Shown here in pieces: positions 46,201 to 62,200 of a DNA stretch of 64,000 nucleotides. Below the pieces are notes generated by a model. That model was given only the letters and a program-made list of their open reading frames with translations. It was not told the DNA's origin and searched no databases. A program made the translations under genes and the position numbers. How positions within the stretch are numbered: position 1 is the first letter of the stretch; each line of letters starts with the position of its first letter. The DNA lies in NCBI RefSeq assembly GCF_009914755.1, contig NC_060927.1; one strand, written 5' to 3'. The stretch is from the human T2T-CHM13v2.0 reference genome, Homo sapiens.

Positions 46201-47380
46201 TATATACTCTACATTAAATACCAAAGTACCCCAAATATATATTTTATACTGTACATGAAATATCAAAGTTCACAAACTATATATTATATACTGTACATAA
46301 AATATCAATGTACCCAAGGTATATATTCTATACTGCACAAAAAATATCAAAGTACCCAAAGCATGTATTATATACTGTATATAAAATATGAAAGTACATC
46401 AAATATATATTTTATTCTGTACATAAAATATCAAAGTACACCAGATATATATTCTATAGTGTACATAAAATATCAAAGTACCCAAACTATACATTATATA
46501 CTGTACATAAAATATGAAATTACATCAAATATATATTATATTAGGTACATTAAATTCGAAAGTACATCAAATATAGATTATATACTGTACATAAAATATG
46601 AAAGTACCCCAATATATATTATATACTCTACATGAAATATCAAAGTTCACAAACTATATATTATGTACTGTACATAAAATATCAAACTACCCAAGGTATA
46701 TATTCTATACTGTACAAAAAATATCAAAGTACCCAAAGCATGTATTATATAATGTACATAAAATATGAAAGTACATCAAATATATATTTTATTCTGTACA
46801 TAAAATATCAAAGAACACCAGATATATATTCTATAGTGTACATAAAATATCAAAGTACCCAAACTATACATTATATACTGTACATAAAATATGAAATTAC
46901 ATCATATATATATTAGGTACATAAAATATGAAAGTACATCAAATATATATTTTATTCTGTACATAAAATATCAAAGTACACCAGATATATATTCTATAGT
47001 GTACATAAAATAACAAAGTACACAAACTATAAAATATATACTGTACATAAAATATGAAATTACATCAAATATATATTAGGTACATAAAATATGAAAGTAC
47101 ATCAAATATAGATTATATACTGTACATATAATATCAATGTACCCGAAATATATATTTTATACTCTACATGAAATATCAAAGTTCACAAACCATATATTGT
47201 ATACTGCACATAAAATATCAAAATACACAAGGTATATATTCTATACTGTACAAAAAATATCAAAGTACCCAAAGCAGGTATTATATACTGTATATAAAAT
47301 ATGAAAGTACATCAAATATATATTTTATTCTGTACATAAAATATCAAAGTACACCAGATATATATTCTATAGTGTACATA
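40260..47380 (+). repeat. Dispersed block copy of ~5370-12490 (offset 34890)
   Basis: Shared rare variants: AATTACATGAAAT ~6561/41451, GAAAGCAC ~6973/41863, AAATTACATTAAA 7851/42741, 2-bp insertion ATATATATGTTTTATT ~8121/43011. More than a dozen ORF starts keep an offset of exactly 34890 (5920/40810 through 12278/47168). Confidence 0.87.
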
Positions 47381-48209
47381 AAATATCAAGGTACCCAAAC
47401 TATATATTATATACTGTACATAAAATATGAAATTACAGCAAATATATATTATATTAGGTACATAAAATATGAAAGTACATCAAATATAGATTATATACTG
47501 TACATTAAATACCAAAGTACCCCAAATATATATTTTATACTGTACATGAAATATCAAAGTTCACAAACTATATATTATATACTGTAAATAAAATATCAAT
47601 GTACCCAAGGTATATATTCTATACTGCACAAAAAATATCAAAGTACCCAAAGCATGTATTATATACTGTATATAAAATATGAAAGTACATCAAATATATA
47701 TTTTATTCTGTACATAAAATATCAAAGTACACCAGATATATATTCTATAGTGTACATAAAATATCAAAGTACCCAAACTATACATTATATACTGTACATA
47801 AATATGAAATTACATCAAATATATATTATATTAGGTACATAAAATATGAAAGTACATGAAGTATAGCTTATATACTGTAGATAAAATATCAAAGTACCCC
47901 AAATTTATATTATATACTATACATGAAATATCAAAGTTCACAAACTATATATTATATACTGTACATAAAATATCAAAGTACCCAAGGTATATATTCTATA
48001 GTGTACAAAAAATATCAAAGTACCCAAAGCATGTATTATATACCGTACATAAAATATAAAATTACATCAAATATATATTTTATTCTGTACATAAAATATC
48101 AAAGTACACCAGATATATATACTATAGTGTACATAAAATATCAAAGTACCCAAACTATACATTATACACTGTACATAAAATATGAAATTACATCAAATAT
48201 ATATTAGGT

Positions 48210-51200
48210 ACATAAAATATGAAAGTACATCAAATATAGATTATATACTGTAAATATAATATCAATGTACCCCAAATATATATTTTATACTCTACATGAA
48301 ATATCAAAGTTCACAAACCATATATTATATACTGTACATAAAATATCAAAGTACCCAAGGTATATATTCTATACTGTACAAAAAATATCAAAGTACCCAA
48401 AGCATGTATTATATACTGTACATAAAATATGAAAGTACATCAAATATATATTTTATTCTGTACATAAAATATCAAAGTACACCAGATATATATTCTATAG
48501 TGTACATAAAATAACAAAGTACACAAACTATAAATTATATCCTGTACATAAAATATGAAATTACATCAAATATATATTAGGTACATAAAATATGAAAGTA
48601 CATCAAATATAGATTATATACTGTACATTAAGTACCAAAGTACACCAAATATATATTTTATTCTGTACATAAAATATCAAAGTACACCAGATATATATTC
48701 TATAGTGTACATAAAATATCAAAGTACCCAAACTATACATTATATACTGTACATAAAATATGAAATTACAGCAAATATATATTATATTAGGTAAATGAAA
48801 TATGAAAGTACATCAAATATAGATTATATACTGTACATAAAATATGAAAGTACCCCAAATATATATTATATACTCTACATGAAATATCAAAGTTCACAAA
48901 CTATATATTATATACTGTACATAAAATATCAAAGTACCCAAGGTATATATTCTATACTGTACAAAAAATATCAAAGTATCCAAAGCATGTATTATATACT
49001 GTATATAAAATATGAAAGTACATCAAATATATATTTTATTCTGTACATAAAATATCAAAGTACACCAGATATATATTCTATAGTGTACATAAAATATCAA
49101 AGTACCCAAACTATACATTATATACTGTACATAAAATATGAAATTACAGCAAATATATATTATATTAGGTACATAAAATATGAAAGTACATCAAATATAG
49201 ATTATATACTCTACATTAAATACCAAAGTACCCCAAATATATATTTTATACTGTACATGAAATATCAAAGTTCACAAACTATATATTATATACTGTACAT
49301 AAAATATCAATGTACCCAAGGTATATATTCTATACTGCACAAAAAATATCAAAGTACCCAAAGCATGTATTATATACTGTATATAAAATAGGAAAGTACA
49401 TCAAATATATATTTTATTCTGTACATAAAATATCAAAGTACACCAGATATATATTCTATAGTGTACATAAAATATCAAAGTACCCAAACTATACATTATA
49501 TACTGTACATAAAATATGAAATTACATCAAATATATATTATATTAGGTACATAAAATACGAAAGTACATCAAATATAGATTATATACTGTACATAAAATA
49601 TGAAAGTACCCCAATATATATTATATACTCTACATGAAATATCAAAGTTTACAAACTATATATTATGTACTGTACATAAAATATCAAACTACCCAAGGTA
49701 TATATTCTATACTGTACAAAAAATATCAAAGTACCCAAAGCATGTATTATATAATGTACATAAAATATGAAAGTACATCAAATATATATTTTATTCTGTA
49801 CATAAAATATCAAAGAACACCAGATATATATTCTATAGTGTACATAAAATATCAAAGTACCCAAACTATACATTATATACTGTACATAAAATATGAAATT
49901 ACATCAAATATATATTATATTAGGTACATAAAATAAGAAAGTACATCAAATATAGATTATATACTGTAAATATAATATCAATGTACCCCAAATATATATT
50001 TTATACTCTACATGAAATATCAAAGTTCACAAACCATATATTATATACTGTACATAAAATATCAAAGTACCCAAGGTATATATTCTATACTGTACAAAAA
50101 ATATCAAAGTACCCAAAGCATGTATTATATACTATACCTAAAATATGAAACTACATCAAATATATATTTTATTCTGTACATAAAATATCAAAGTACACCA
50201 GATATATATTCTACAGTGTACATAAAATATCAAAGTACCCAAACTATACATTATATACTGTACATAAAATATGAAATTACATCAAATATATATTATATTA
50301 GGTACATAAAATACGAAAGTACATCAAATATAGATTATATACTGTACATAAAATATCAAAGTACCCCAATATATATTATATACTGTATATGAAATATCAA
50401 AGTTCACAAACTATATATTATGTACTGTACATAAAATATCAAAGTACCCAAGGTATATATTCTATACTGTACAAAAAATATCAAAGTACCCAAAGCATGT
50501 ATTATATAATGTACATAAAATATGAAAGTACATCAAATATATATTTTATTCTGTACATAAAATATCAAAGTACACCAGATATATATTCTATAGCGTACAT
50601 AAAATATCAAAGTACACAAACTATACATTATATACTGTACATAAAATATGAAATTACATCAAATATATATTATATTAGGTAAATGAAATATGAAAGTACA
50701 TCAAATATAGATTATATACTGTACATAAAATATGAAAGTACCCCAAATATATATTATATACTCTACATGAAATATCAAAGTTCACAAACTATATATTATA
50801 TACTGTACATAAAATATCAAAGTACCCAAGGTATATATTCTATACTGTACAAAAAATATCAAAGTATCCAAAGCATGTATTATATACTGTATATAAAATA
50901 TGAAAGTACATCAAATATATATTTTATTCTGTACATAAAATATCAAAGTACACCAGATATATATTCTATAGCGTACATAAAATATCAAAGTACACAAACT
51001 ATACATTATATACTGTACATAAAATATGAAATTACATCAAATATATATTATATTAGGTACATAAAATATGAAAGTACATCAAATATAGATTATATACTGT
51101 AAATATAATATCAATGTACCCCAAATATATATTTTATACTCTACATGAAATATCAAAGTTCACAAACCATATATTATATACTGTACATAAAATATCAAAG

Positions 51201-54190
51201 TACCCAAGGTATATATTCTATACTGTACAAAAAATATCAAAGTACCCAAAGCATGTATTATATACTGTACATAAAATATGAAAGTACATCAAATATATAT
51301 TTTATTCTGTACATAAAATATCAAAGTACACCAGATATATATTCTATAGTGTACATAAAATAACAAAGTACACAAACTATAAATTATATCCTGTACATAA
51401 AATATGAAATTACATCAAATATATATTAGGTACATAAAATATGAAAGTACATCAAATATAGATTATATACTGTACATTAAGTACCAAAGTACACCAAATA
51501 TATATTTTATTCTGTACATAAAATATCAAAGTACACCAGATATATATTCTATAGTGTACATAAAATATCAAAGTACCCAAACTATACATTATATACTGTA
51601 CATAAAATATGAAATTACAGCAAATATATATTATATTAGGTAAATGAAATATGAAATTACATCAAATATAGATTATATACTGTACATAAAATATGAAAGT
51701 ACCCCAAATATATATTATATACTCTACATGAAATATCAAAGTTCACAAACTATATATTATATACTGTACATAAAATATCAAAGTACCCAAGGTATATATT
51801 CTATACTGTACAAAAAATATCAAAGTATCCAAAGCATGTATTATATACTGTATATAAAATATGAAAGTACATCAAATATATATTTTATTCTGTACATAAA
51901 ATATCAAAGTACACCAGATATATATTCTATAGTGTACATAAAATATCAAAGTACCCAAACTATACATTATATACTGTACATAAAATATGAAATTACAGCA
52001 AATATATATTATATTAGGTACATAAAATATGAAAGTACATCAAATATAGATTATATACTCTACATTAAATACCAAAGTACCCCAAATATATATTTTATAC
52101 TGTACATGAAATATCAAAGTTCACAAACTATATATTATATACTGTACATAAAATATCAATGTACCCAAGGTATATATTCTATACTGCACAAAAAATATCA
52201 AAGTACCCAAAGCATGTATTATATACTGTATATAAAATAGGAAAGTACATCAAATATATATTTTATTCTGTACATAAAATATCAAAGTACACCAGATATA
52301 TATTCTATAGTGTACATAAAATATCAAAGTACCCAAACTATACATTATATACTGTACATAAAATATGAAATTACATCAAATATATATTATATTAGGTACA
52401 TAAAATACGAAAGTACATCAAATATAGATTATATACTGTACATAAAATATGAAAGTACCCCAATATATATTATATACTCTACATGAAATATCAAAGTTTA
52501 CAAACTATATATTATGTACTGTACATAAAATATCAAACTACCCAAGGTATATATTCTATACTGTACAAAAAATATCAAAGTACCCAAAGCATGTATTATA
52601 TAATGTACATAAAATATGAAAGTACATCAAATATATATTTTATTCTGTACATAAAATATCAAAGAACACCAGATATATATTCTATAGTGTACATAAAATA
52701 TCAAAGTACCCAAACTATACATTATATACTGTACATAAAATATGAAATTACATCAAATATATATTATATTAGGTACATAAAATAAGAAAGTACATCAAAT
52801 ATAGATTATATACTGTAAATATAATATCAATGTACCCCAAATATATATTTTATACTCTACATGAAATATCAAAGTTCACAAACCATATATTATATACTGT
52901 ACATAAAATATCAAAGTACCCAAGGTATATATTCTATACTGTACAAAAAATATCAAAGTACCCAAAGCATGTATTATATACTATACCTAAAATATGAAAC
53001 TACATCAAATATATATTTTATTCTGTACATAAAATATCAAAGTACACCAGATATATATTCTACAGTGTACATAAAATATCAAAGTACCCAAACTATACAT
53101 TATATACTGTACATAAAATATGAAATTACATCAAATATATATTATATTAGGTACATAAAATACGAAAGTACATCAAATATAGATTATATACTGTACATAA
53201 AATATCAAAGTACCCCAATATATATTATATACTGTACATGAAATATCAAAGTTCACAAACTATATATTATGTACTGTACATAAAATATCAAAGTACCCAA
53301 GGTATATATTCTATACTGTACAAAAAATATCAAAGTACCCAAAGCATGTATTATATAATGTACATAAAATATGAAAGTACATCAAATATATATTTTATTC
53401 TGTACATAAAATATCAAAGTACACCAGATATATATTCTATAGCGTACATAAAATATCAAAGTACACAAACTATACATTATATACTGTACATAAAATATGA
53501 AATTACATCAAATATATATTATATTAGGTAAATGAAATATGAAAGTACATCAAATATAGATTATATACTGTACATAAAATATGAAAGTACCCCAAATATA
53601 TATTATATACTCTACATGAAATATCAAAGTTCACAAACTATATATTATATACTGTACATAAAATATCAAAGTACCCAAGGTATATATTCTATACTGTACA
53701 AAAAATATCAAAGTATCCAAAGCATGTATTATATACTGTATATAAAATATGAAAGTACATCAAATATATATTTTATTCTGTACATAAAATATCAAAGTAC
53801 ACCAGATATATATTCTATAGCGTACATAAAATATCAAAGTACACAAACTATACATTATATACTGTACATAAAATATGAAATTACATCAAATATATATTAT
53901 ATTAGGTACATAAAATATGAAAGTACATCAAATATAGATTATATACTGTAAATATAATATCAATGTACCCCAAATATATATTTTATACTCTACATGAAAT
54001 ATCAAAGTTCACAAACCATATATTATATACTGTACATAAAATATCAAAGTACCCAAGGTATATATTCTATACTGTACAAAAAATATCAAAGTACCCAAAG
54101 CATGTATTATATACTGTACATAAAATATGAAAGTACATCAAATATATATTTTATTCTGTACATAAAATATCAAAGTACACCAGATATATA
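48210..54190 (+). repeat. Tandem duplication, 2849-bp unit x2
   Basis: AAAATAGGAAAG ~49390/52239, AAAGTTTACAA ~49645/52494, AAATAAGAAAG ~49931/52780, GAAACTACATC ~50147/52996. ORF starts 48296/51145, 48555/51404, 49634/52483, 50012/52861. Confidence 0.9.
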
Positions 54191-56790
54191 TTCTATAGTG
54201 TACATAAAATATCAAAGTACCCAAACTATACATTATATACTGTACATAAAATATGAAATTACATCAAATATATATTATATTAGGTAAATGAAATATGAAA
54301 GTACATCAAATATAGATTATATACTGTACATAAAATATGAAAGTACCCCAAATATATATTATATACTCTACATGAAATATCAAAGTTCACAAACTATATA
54401 TTATATACTGTACATAAAATATCAAAGTACCCAAGGTATATATTCTATACTGTACAAAAAATATCAAAGTATCCAAAGCATGTATTATATACTGTATATA
54501 AAATATGAAAGTACATCAAATATATATTTTATTCTGTACATAAAATATCAAAGTACACCAGATATATATTCTATAGTGTACATAAAATATCAAAGTACCC
54601 AAACTATACATTATATACTGTACATAAAATATGAAATTACAGCAAATATATATTATATTAGGTACATAAAATATGAAAGTACATCAAATATAGATTATAT
54701 ACTCTACATTAAATACCAAAGTACCCCAAATATATATTTTATACTGTACATGAAATATCAAAGTTCACAAACTATATATTATATACTGTACATAAAATAT
54801 CAATGTACCCAAGGTATATATTCTATACTGCACAAAAAATATCAAAGTACCCAAAGCATGTATTATATACTGTATATAAAATATGAAAGTACATCAAATA
54901 TATATTTTATTCTGTACATAAAATATCAAAGTACACCAGATATATATTCTATAGTGTACATAAAATGTCAAAGTACCCAAACTATACATTATTTACTGTA
55001 CATAAAATATGAAATTACATCAAATATATATTATATTAGGTACATAAAATACGAAAGTACATCAAATATAGATTATATACTGTACATAAAATATGAAAGT
55101 ACCCCAATATATATTATATACTCTGCATGAAATATCAAAGTTCACAAACTATATATTATGTACTGTACATAAAATATCAAACTACCCAAGGTATATATTC
55201 TATACTGTACAAAAAATATCAAAGTACCCAAAGCATGTATTATATAATGTACATAAAATATGAAAGTACATCAAATATATATTTTATTCTGTACATAAAA
55301 TATCAAAGAACACCAGATATATATTCTATAGTGTACATAAAATATCAAAGTACCCAAACTATACATTATATACTGTACATAAAATATGAAATTACATCAT
55401 ATATATATTAGGTACATAAAATATGAAAGTACATCAAATATATATTTTATTCTGTACATAAAATATCAAAGTACACCAGATATATATTCTATAGTGTACA
55501 TAAAATAACAAAGTACACAAACTATAAAATATATACTGTACATAAAATATGAAATTACATCAAATATATATAAGGTACATAAAATATGAAAGTACATCAA
55601 ATATAGATTATATACTGTACATATAATATCAATGTACCCGAAATATATATTTTATACTCTACATGAAATATCAAAGTTCACAAACCATATATTGTATACT
55701 GCACATAAAATATCAAAATACACAAGGTATATATTCTATACTGTACAAAAAATATCAAAGTACCCAAAGCAGGTATTATATACTGTATATAAAATATGAA
55801 AGTACATCAAATATATATTTTATTCTGTACATAAAATATCAAAGTACACCAGATATATATTCTATAGTGTACATAAAATATCAAGGTACCCAAACTATAT
55901 ATTATATATTGTACATAAAATATGAAATTACAGCAAATATATATTATATTAGGTACATAAAATATGAAAGTACATCAAATATAGATTATATACTGTACAT
56001 TAAATACCAAAGTACCCCAAATATATATTTTATACTGTACATGAAATATCAAAGTTCACAAACTATATATTATATACTGTAAATAAAATATCAATGTACC
56101 CAAGGTATATATTCTATACTGCACAAAAAATATCAAAGTACCCAAAGCATGTATTATATACTGTATATAAAATATGAAAGTACATCAAATATATATTTTA
56201 TTCTGTACATAAAATATCAAAGTACACCAGATATATATTCTATAGTGTACATAAAATATCAAAGTACCCAAACTATACATTATATACTGTACATAAATAT
56301 GAAATTACATCAAATATATATTATATTAGGTACATAAAATATGAAAGTACATGAAGTATAGATTATATACTGTAGATAAAATATCAAAGTACCCCAAATT
56401 TATATTATATACTATACATGAAATATCAAAGTTCACAAACTATATATTATATACTGTACATAAAATATCAAAGTACCCAAGGTATATATTCTATAGTGTA
56501 CAAAAAATATCAAAGTACCCAAAGCATGTATTATATACCGTACATAAAATATAAAATTACATCAAATATATATTTTATTCTGTACATAAAATATCAAAGT
56601 ACACCAGATATATATACTATAGTGTACATAAAATATCAAAGTACCCAAACTATACATTATACACTGTACATAAAATATGAAATTACATCAAATATATATT
56701 AGGTACATAAAATATGAAAGTACATCAAATATAGATTATATACTGTAAATATAATATCAATGTACCCCAAATATATATTTTATACTCTAC
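53200..56790 (+). repeat. Block copy of ~44700-48295 (offset 8495)
   Basis: ACTATAAAATATATA 47031/55526, AAATACACAAGG ~47221/55716, CTGTAAATAAAAT ~47582/56077, 1-bp deletion CATAAATATG ~47800/56295, CTGTAGATAAAA ~47875/56370. Confidence 0.85.
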
Positions 56791-59700
56791 ATGAAATATC
56801 AAAGTTCACAAGCCATATATTATATACTGTACATAAAATATCAAAGTACCCAAGGTATATATTCTATACTGTGCAAAAAATATCAAAGTACCCAAAGCAT
56901 GTATTATATACTGTATATAAAATATGAAAGTACATCAAATATATATTTTATTCTGTACATAAAATGTCAAAGTACACCAGATATATATTCTATAGTGTAC
57001 ATAAAATATCAAAGTACCCAAACTATACATTATATACTGTACATAAAATATGAAATTACATCAAATATATAAGTACATAAAATATGAAAGTACATCAAAT
57101 ATAGATTATATAGTGTACATAAAATATCAATGTACACCAAATATATATTATATACTCTACATGAAATATCAAAGTTCACAAACTATATATTATATACTGT
57201 CCATAAAATATCAAAGTACCCAAGGTATATATTTTATACTGTACAAAAAATATCAAAGTACCCAAAGCATGTATTATATACTATACCTAAAATATGAAAG
57301 TACATCAAATATATATTTTATTCTGTACATAAAATATCAAAGTACACCAGATATATATTCTACAGTGTATATAAAATATCAAAGTACCCAAACTATACAT
57401 TATATACTGTACATAAAATATGAAATTACATCAAATATATATTATATTAGGTACATAAAATATGAAAGTACATGAAGTATAGATTATATACTGTACATAA
57501 AATATCAAAGTACCCCAAATTTATATTATATACTATACATGAAATATCAAAGTTCACAAACTATATATTATATACTGTACATAAAATATCAAAGTACCCT
57601 AGGTATATATTCTATAGTGTACAAAAAATATCAAAGTACCCAAAGCATGTATTATATACCGTACGTAAAATATAAAATTACATCAAATATATATTTTATT
57701 CTGTACATAAAATATCAAAGTACACCAGATATATATACTATAGTGTACATAAAATATCAAAGTACCCAAACTATACATTATACACTGCACATAAAATATG
57801 AAATTACATCAAATATATATTAGGTACATAAAATATGAAAGTACATCAAATATAGATTATATACTGTAAATATAATATCAATGTACCCCAAATATATATT
57901 TTATACTCTACATGAAATATCAAAGTTCACAAACCATATATTATATACTGTACATAAAATATCAAAGTACCCAAGGTATATATTCTATACTGTACAAAAA
58001 ATATCAAAGTACCCAAAGCATGTATTATATACTGTACATAAAATATGAAAGTACATCAAATATATATTTTATTCTGTACATAAAATATCAAAGTACACCA
58101 GATATATATTCTATAGTGTACATAAAATAACAAAGTACACAAACTATAAATTATATCCTGTACATAAAATATGAAATTACATCAAATATATATTAGGTAC
58201 ATAAAATATGAAAGTACATCAAATATAGATTATATACTGTACATTAAGTACCAAAGTACACCAAATATATATTTTATTCTGTACATAAAATATCAAAGTA
58301 CACCAGATATATATTCTATAGTGTACATAAAATATCAAAGTACCCAAACTATACATTATATACTGTACATAAAATATGAAATTACAGCAAATATATATTA
58401 TATTAGGTAAATGAAATATGAAAGTACATCAAATATAGATTATATACTGTACATAAAATATGAAAGTACCCCAAATATATATTATATACTCTACATGAAA
58501 TATCAAAGTTCACAAACTATATATTATATACTGTACATAAAATATCAAAGTACCCAAGGTATATATTCTATACTGTACAAAAAATATCAAAGTATCCAAA
58601 GCATGTATTATATACTGTATATAAAATATGAAAGTACATCAAATATATATTTTATTCTGTACATAAAATATCAAAGTACACCAGATATATATTCTATAGT
58701 GTACATAAAATATCAAAGTACCCAAACTATACATTATATACTGTACATAAAATATGAAATTACAGCAAATATATATTATATTAGGTACATAAAATATGAA
58801 AGTACATCAAATATAGATTATATACTGTACATTAAATACCAAAGTACCCCAAATATATATTTTATACTGTACATGAAATATCAAAGTTCACAAACTATAT
58901 ATTATATACTGTACATAAAATATCAATGTACCCAAGGTATATATTCTATACTGCACAAAAAATATCAAAGTACCCAAAGCATGTATTATATACTGTATAT
59001 AAAATATGAAAGTACATCAAATATATATTTTATTCTGTACATAAAATATCAAAGTACACCAGATATATATTCTATAGTGTACATAAAATATCAAGGTACC
59101 CAAACTATATATTATATACTGTACATAAAATATGAAATTACAGCAAATATATATTATATTAGGTACATAAAATATGAAAGTACATCAAATATAGATTATA
59201 TACTGTACATTAAATACCAAAGTACCCCAAATATATATTTTATACTGTACATGAAATATCAAAGTTCACAAACTATATATTATATACTGTACATAAAATA
59301 TCAATGTACCCAAGGTATATATTCTATACTGCACAAAAAATATCAAAGTACCCAAAGCATGTATTATATACTGTATATAAAATATGAAAGTACATCAAAT
59401 ATATATTTTATTCTGTACATAAAATATCAAAGTACACCAGATATATATTCTATAGTGTACATAAAATATCAAAGTACCCAAACTATACATTATATACTGT
59501 ACATAAATATGAAATTACATCAAATATATATTATATTAGGTACATAAAATATGAAAGTACATGAAGTATAGATTATATACTGTAGATAAAATATCAAAGT
59601 ACCCCAAATTTATATTATATACTATACATGAAATATCAAAGTTCACAAACTATATATTATATACTGTACATAAAATATCAAAGTACCCAAGGTATATATT

Positions 59701-62200
59701 CTATAGTGTACAAAAAATATCAAAGTACCCAAAGCATGTATTATATACCGTACATAAAATATAAAATTACATCAAATATATATTTTATTCTGTACATAAA
59801 ATATCAAAGTACACCAGATATATATACTATAGTGTACATAAAATATCAAAGTACCCAAACTATACATTATACACTGTACATAAAATATGAAATTACATCA
59901 AATATATATTAGGTACATAAAATATGAAAGTACATCAAATATAGATTATATACTGTAAATATAATATCAATGTACCCCAAATATATATTTTATACTCTAC
60001 ATGAAATATCAAAGTTCACAAGCCATATATTATATACTGTACATAAAATATCAAAGTACCCAAGGTATATATTCTATACTGTGCAAAAAATATCAAAGTA
60101 CCCAAAGCATGTATTATATACTGTATATAAAATATGAAAGTACATCAAATATATATTTTATTCTGTACATAAAATGTCAAAGTACACCAGATATATATTC
60201 TATAGTGTACATAAAATATCAAAGTACCCAAACTATACATTATATACTGTACATAAAATATGAAATTACATCAAATATATATTAAGTACATAAAATATGA
60301 AAGTACATCAAATATAGATTATATAGTGTACATAAAATATCAATGTACACCAAATATATATTATATACTCTACATGAAATATCAAAGTTCACAAACTATA
60401 TATTATATACTGTCCATAAAATATCAAAGTACCCAAGGTATATATTTTATACTGTACAAAAAATATCAAAGTACCCAAAGCATGTATTATATACTATACC
60501 TAAAATATGAATGTACATCAAATATATATTTTATTCTGTACATAAAATATCAAAGTACACCAGATATATATTCTACAGTGTATATAAAATATCAAAGTAC
60601 CCAAACTATACATTATATACTGTACATAAAATATGAAATTACATCAAATATATATTATATTAGGTACATAAAATATGAAAGTACATGAAGTATAGATTAT
60701 ATACTGTACATAAAATATCAAAGTACCCCAAATTTATATTATATACTATACATGAAATATCAAAGTTCACAAACTATATATTATATACTGTACATAAAAT
60801 ATCAAAGTACCCAAGGTATATATTCTATAGTGTACAAAAAATATCAAAGTACCCAAAGCATGTATTATATACCGTACGTAAAATATAAAATTACATCAAA
60901 TATATATTTTATTCTGTACATAAAATATCAAAGTACACCAGATATATATACTATAGTGTACATAAAATATCAAAGTACCCAAACTATACATTATACACTG
61001 CACATAAAATATGAAATTACATCAAGTATATATTAGGTACATAAAATATGAAAGTACATCAAATATAGATTATATACTGTAAATATAATATCAATGTACC
61101 CCAAATATATATTTTATACTCTACATGAAATATCAAAGTTCACAAACCATATATTATATACTGTACATAAAATATCAAAGTACCCAAGGTATATATTCTA
61201 TACTGTACAAAAAATATCAAAGTACCCAAAGCATGTATTATATACTGTACATAAAATATGAAAGTACATCAAATATATATTTTATTCTGTACATAAAATA
61301 TCAAAGTACACCAGATATATATTCTATAGTGTACATAAAATAACAAAGTACACAAACTATAAATTATATCCTGTACATAAAATATGAAATTACTTCAAAT
61401 ATATATTAGGTACATAAAATATGAAAGTACATCAAATATAGATTATATACTGTACATTAAGTACCAAAGTACACCAAATATATATTTTATTCTGTACATA
61501 AAATATCAAAGTACACCAGATATATATTCTATAGTGTACATAAAATATCAAAGTACCCAAACTATACGTTATATACTGTACATAAAATATGAAATTACAT
61601 CAAATATATATTATATTAGGTACATGAAATTTGAAAGTACATCAAATATAGATTATATACTGTACATAAAATATGAAAGTACCCCAAATATATATTATAT
61701 ACTCTACATGAAATATCAAAGTTCACAAACTATATATTATATACTGTACATAAAATATCAAAGTACCCAAGGTATATATTCTATACTGTACAAAAAATAT
61801 CAAAGTATCCAAAGCATGTATTATATACTGTATATAAAATATGAAAGTACATCAAATATATATTTTATTCTGTACATAAAATATCAAAGTACACCAGATA
61901 TATATTCTATAGTGTACATAAAATATCAAAGTACCCAAACTATACATTATATACTGTACATAAAATATGAAATTACAGCAAATATATATTATATTAGGTA
62001 CATAAAATATGAAAGTACATCAAATATAGACTATATACTCTTCATTAAATACCAAAGTACCCCAAATATATATTTTATACTGTACATGAAATATCAAAGT
62101 TCACAAACTATATATTATATACTGTACATAAAATATCAATGTACCCAAGGTATATATTCTATACTGCACAAAAAATATCAAAGTACCCAAAGCATGTATT
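55780..62200 (+). repeat. Tandem duplication, ~3210-3213-bp unit x2
   Basis: TCAAGGTACC 55881/59091, CACAAGCCAT ~56807/60017, GTGCAAAAAA 56871/60081, AAAATGTCAA 56961/60171. The offset shifts from 3210 to 3213 after a 3-bp deletion near 57070. Confidence 0.88.
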
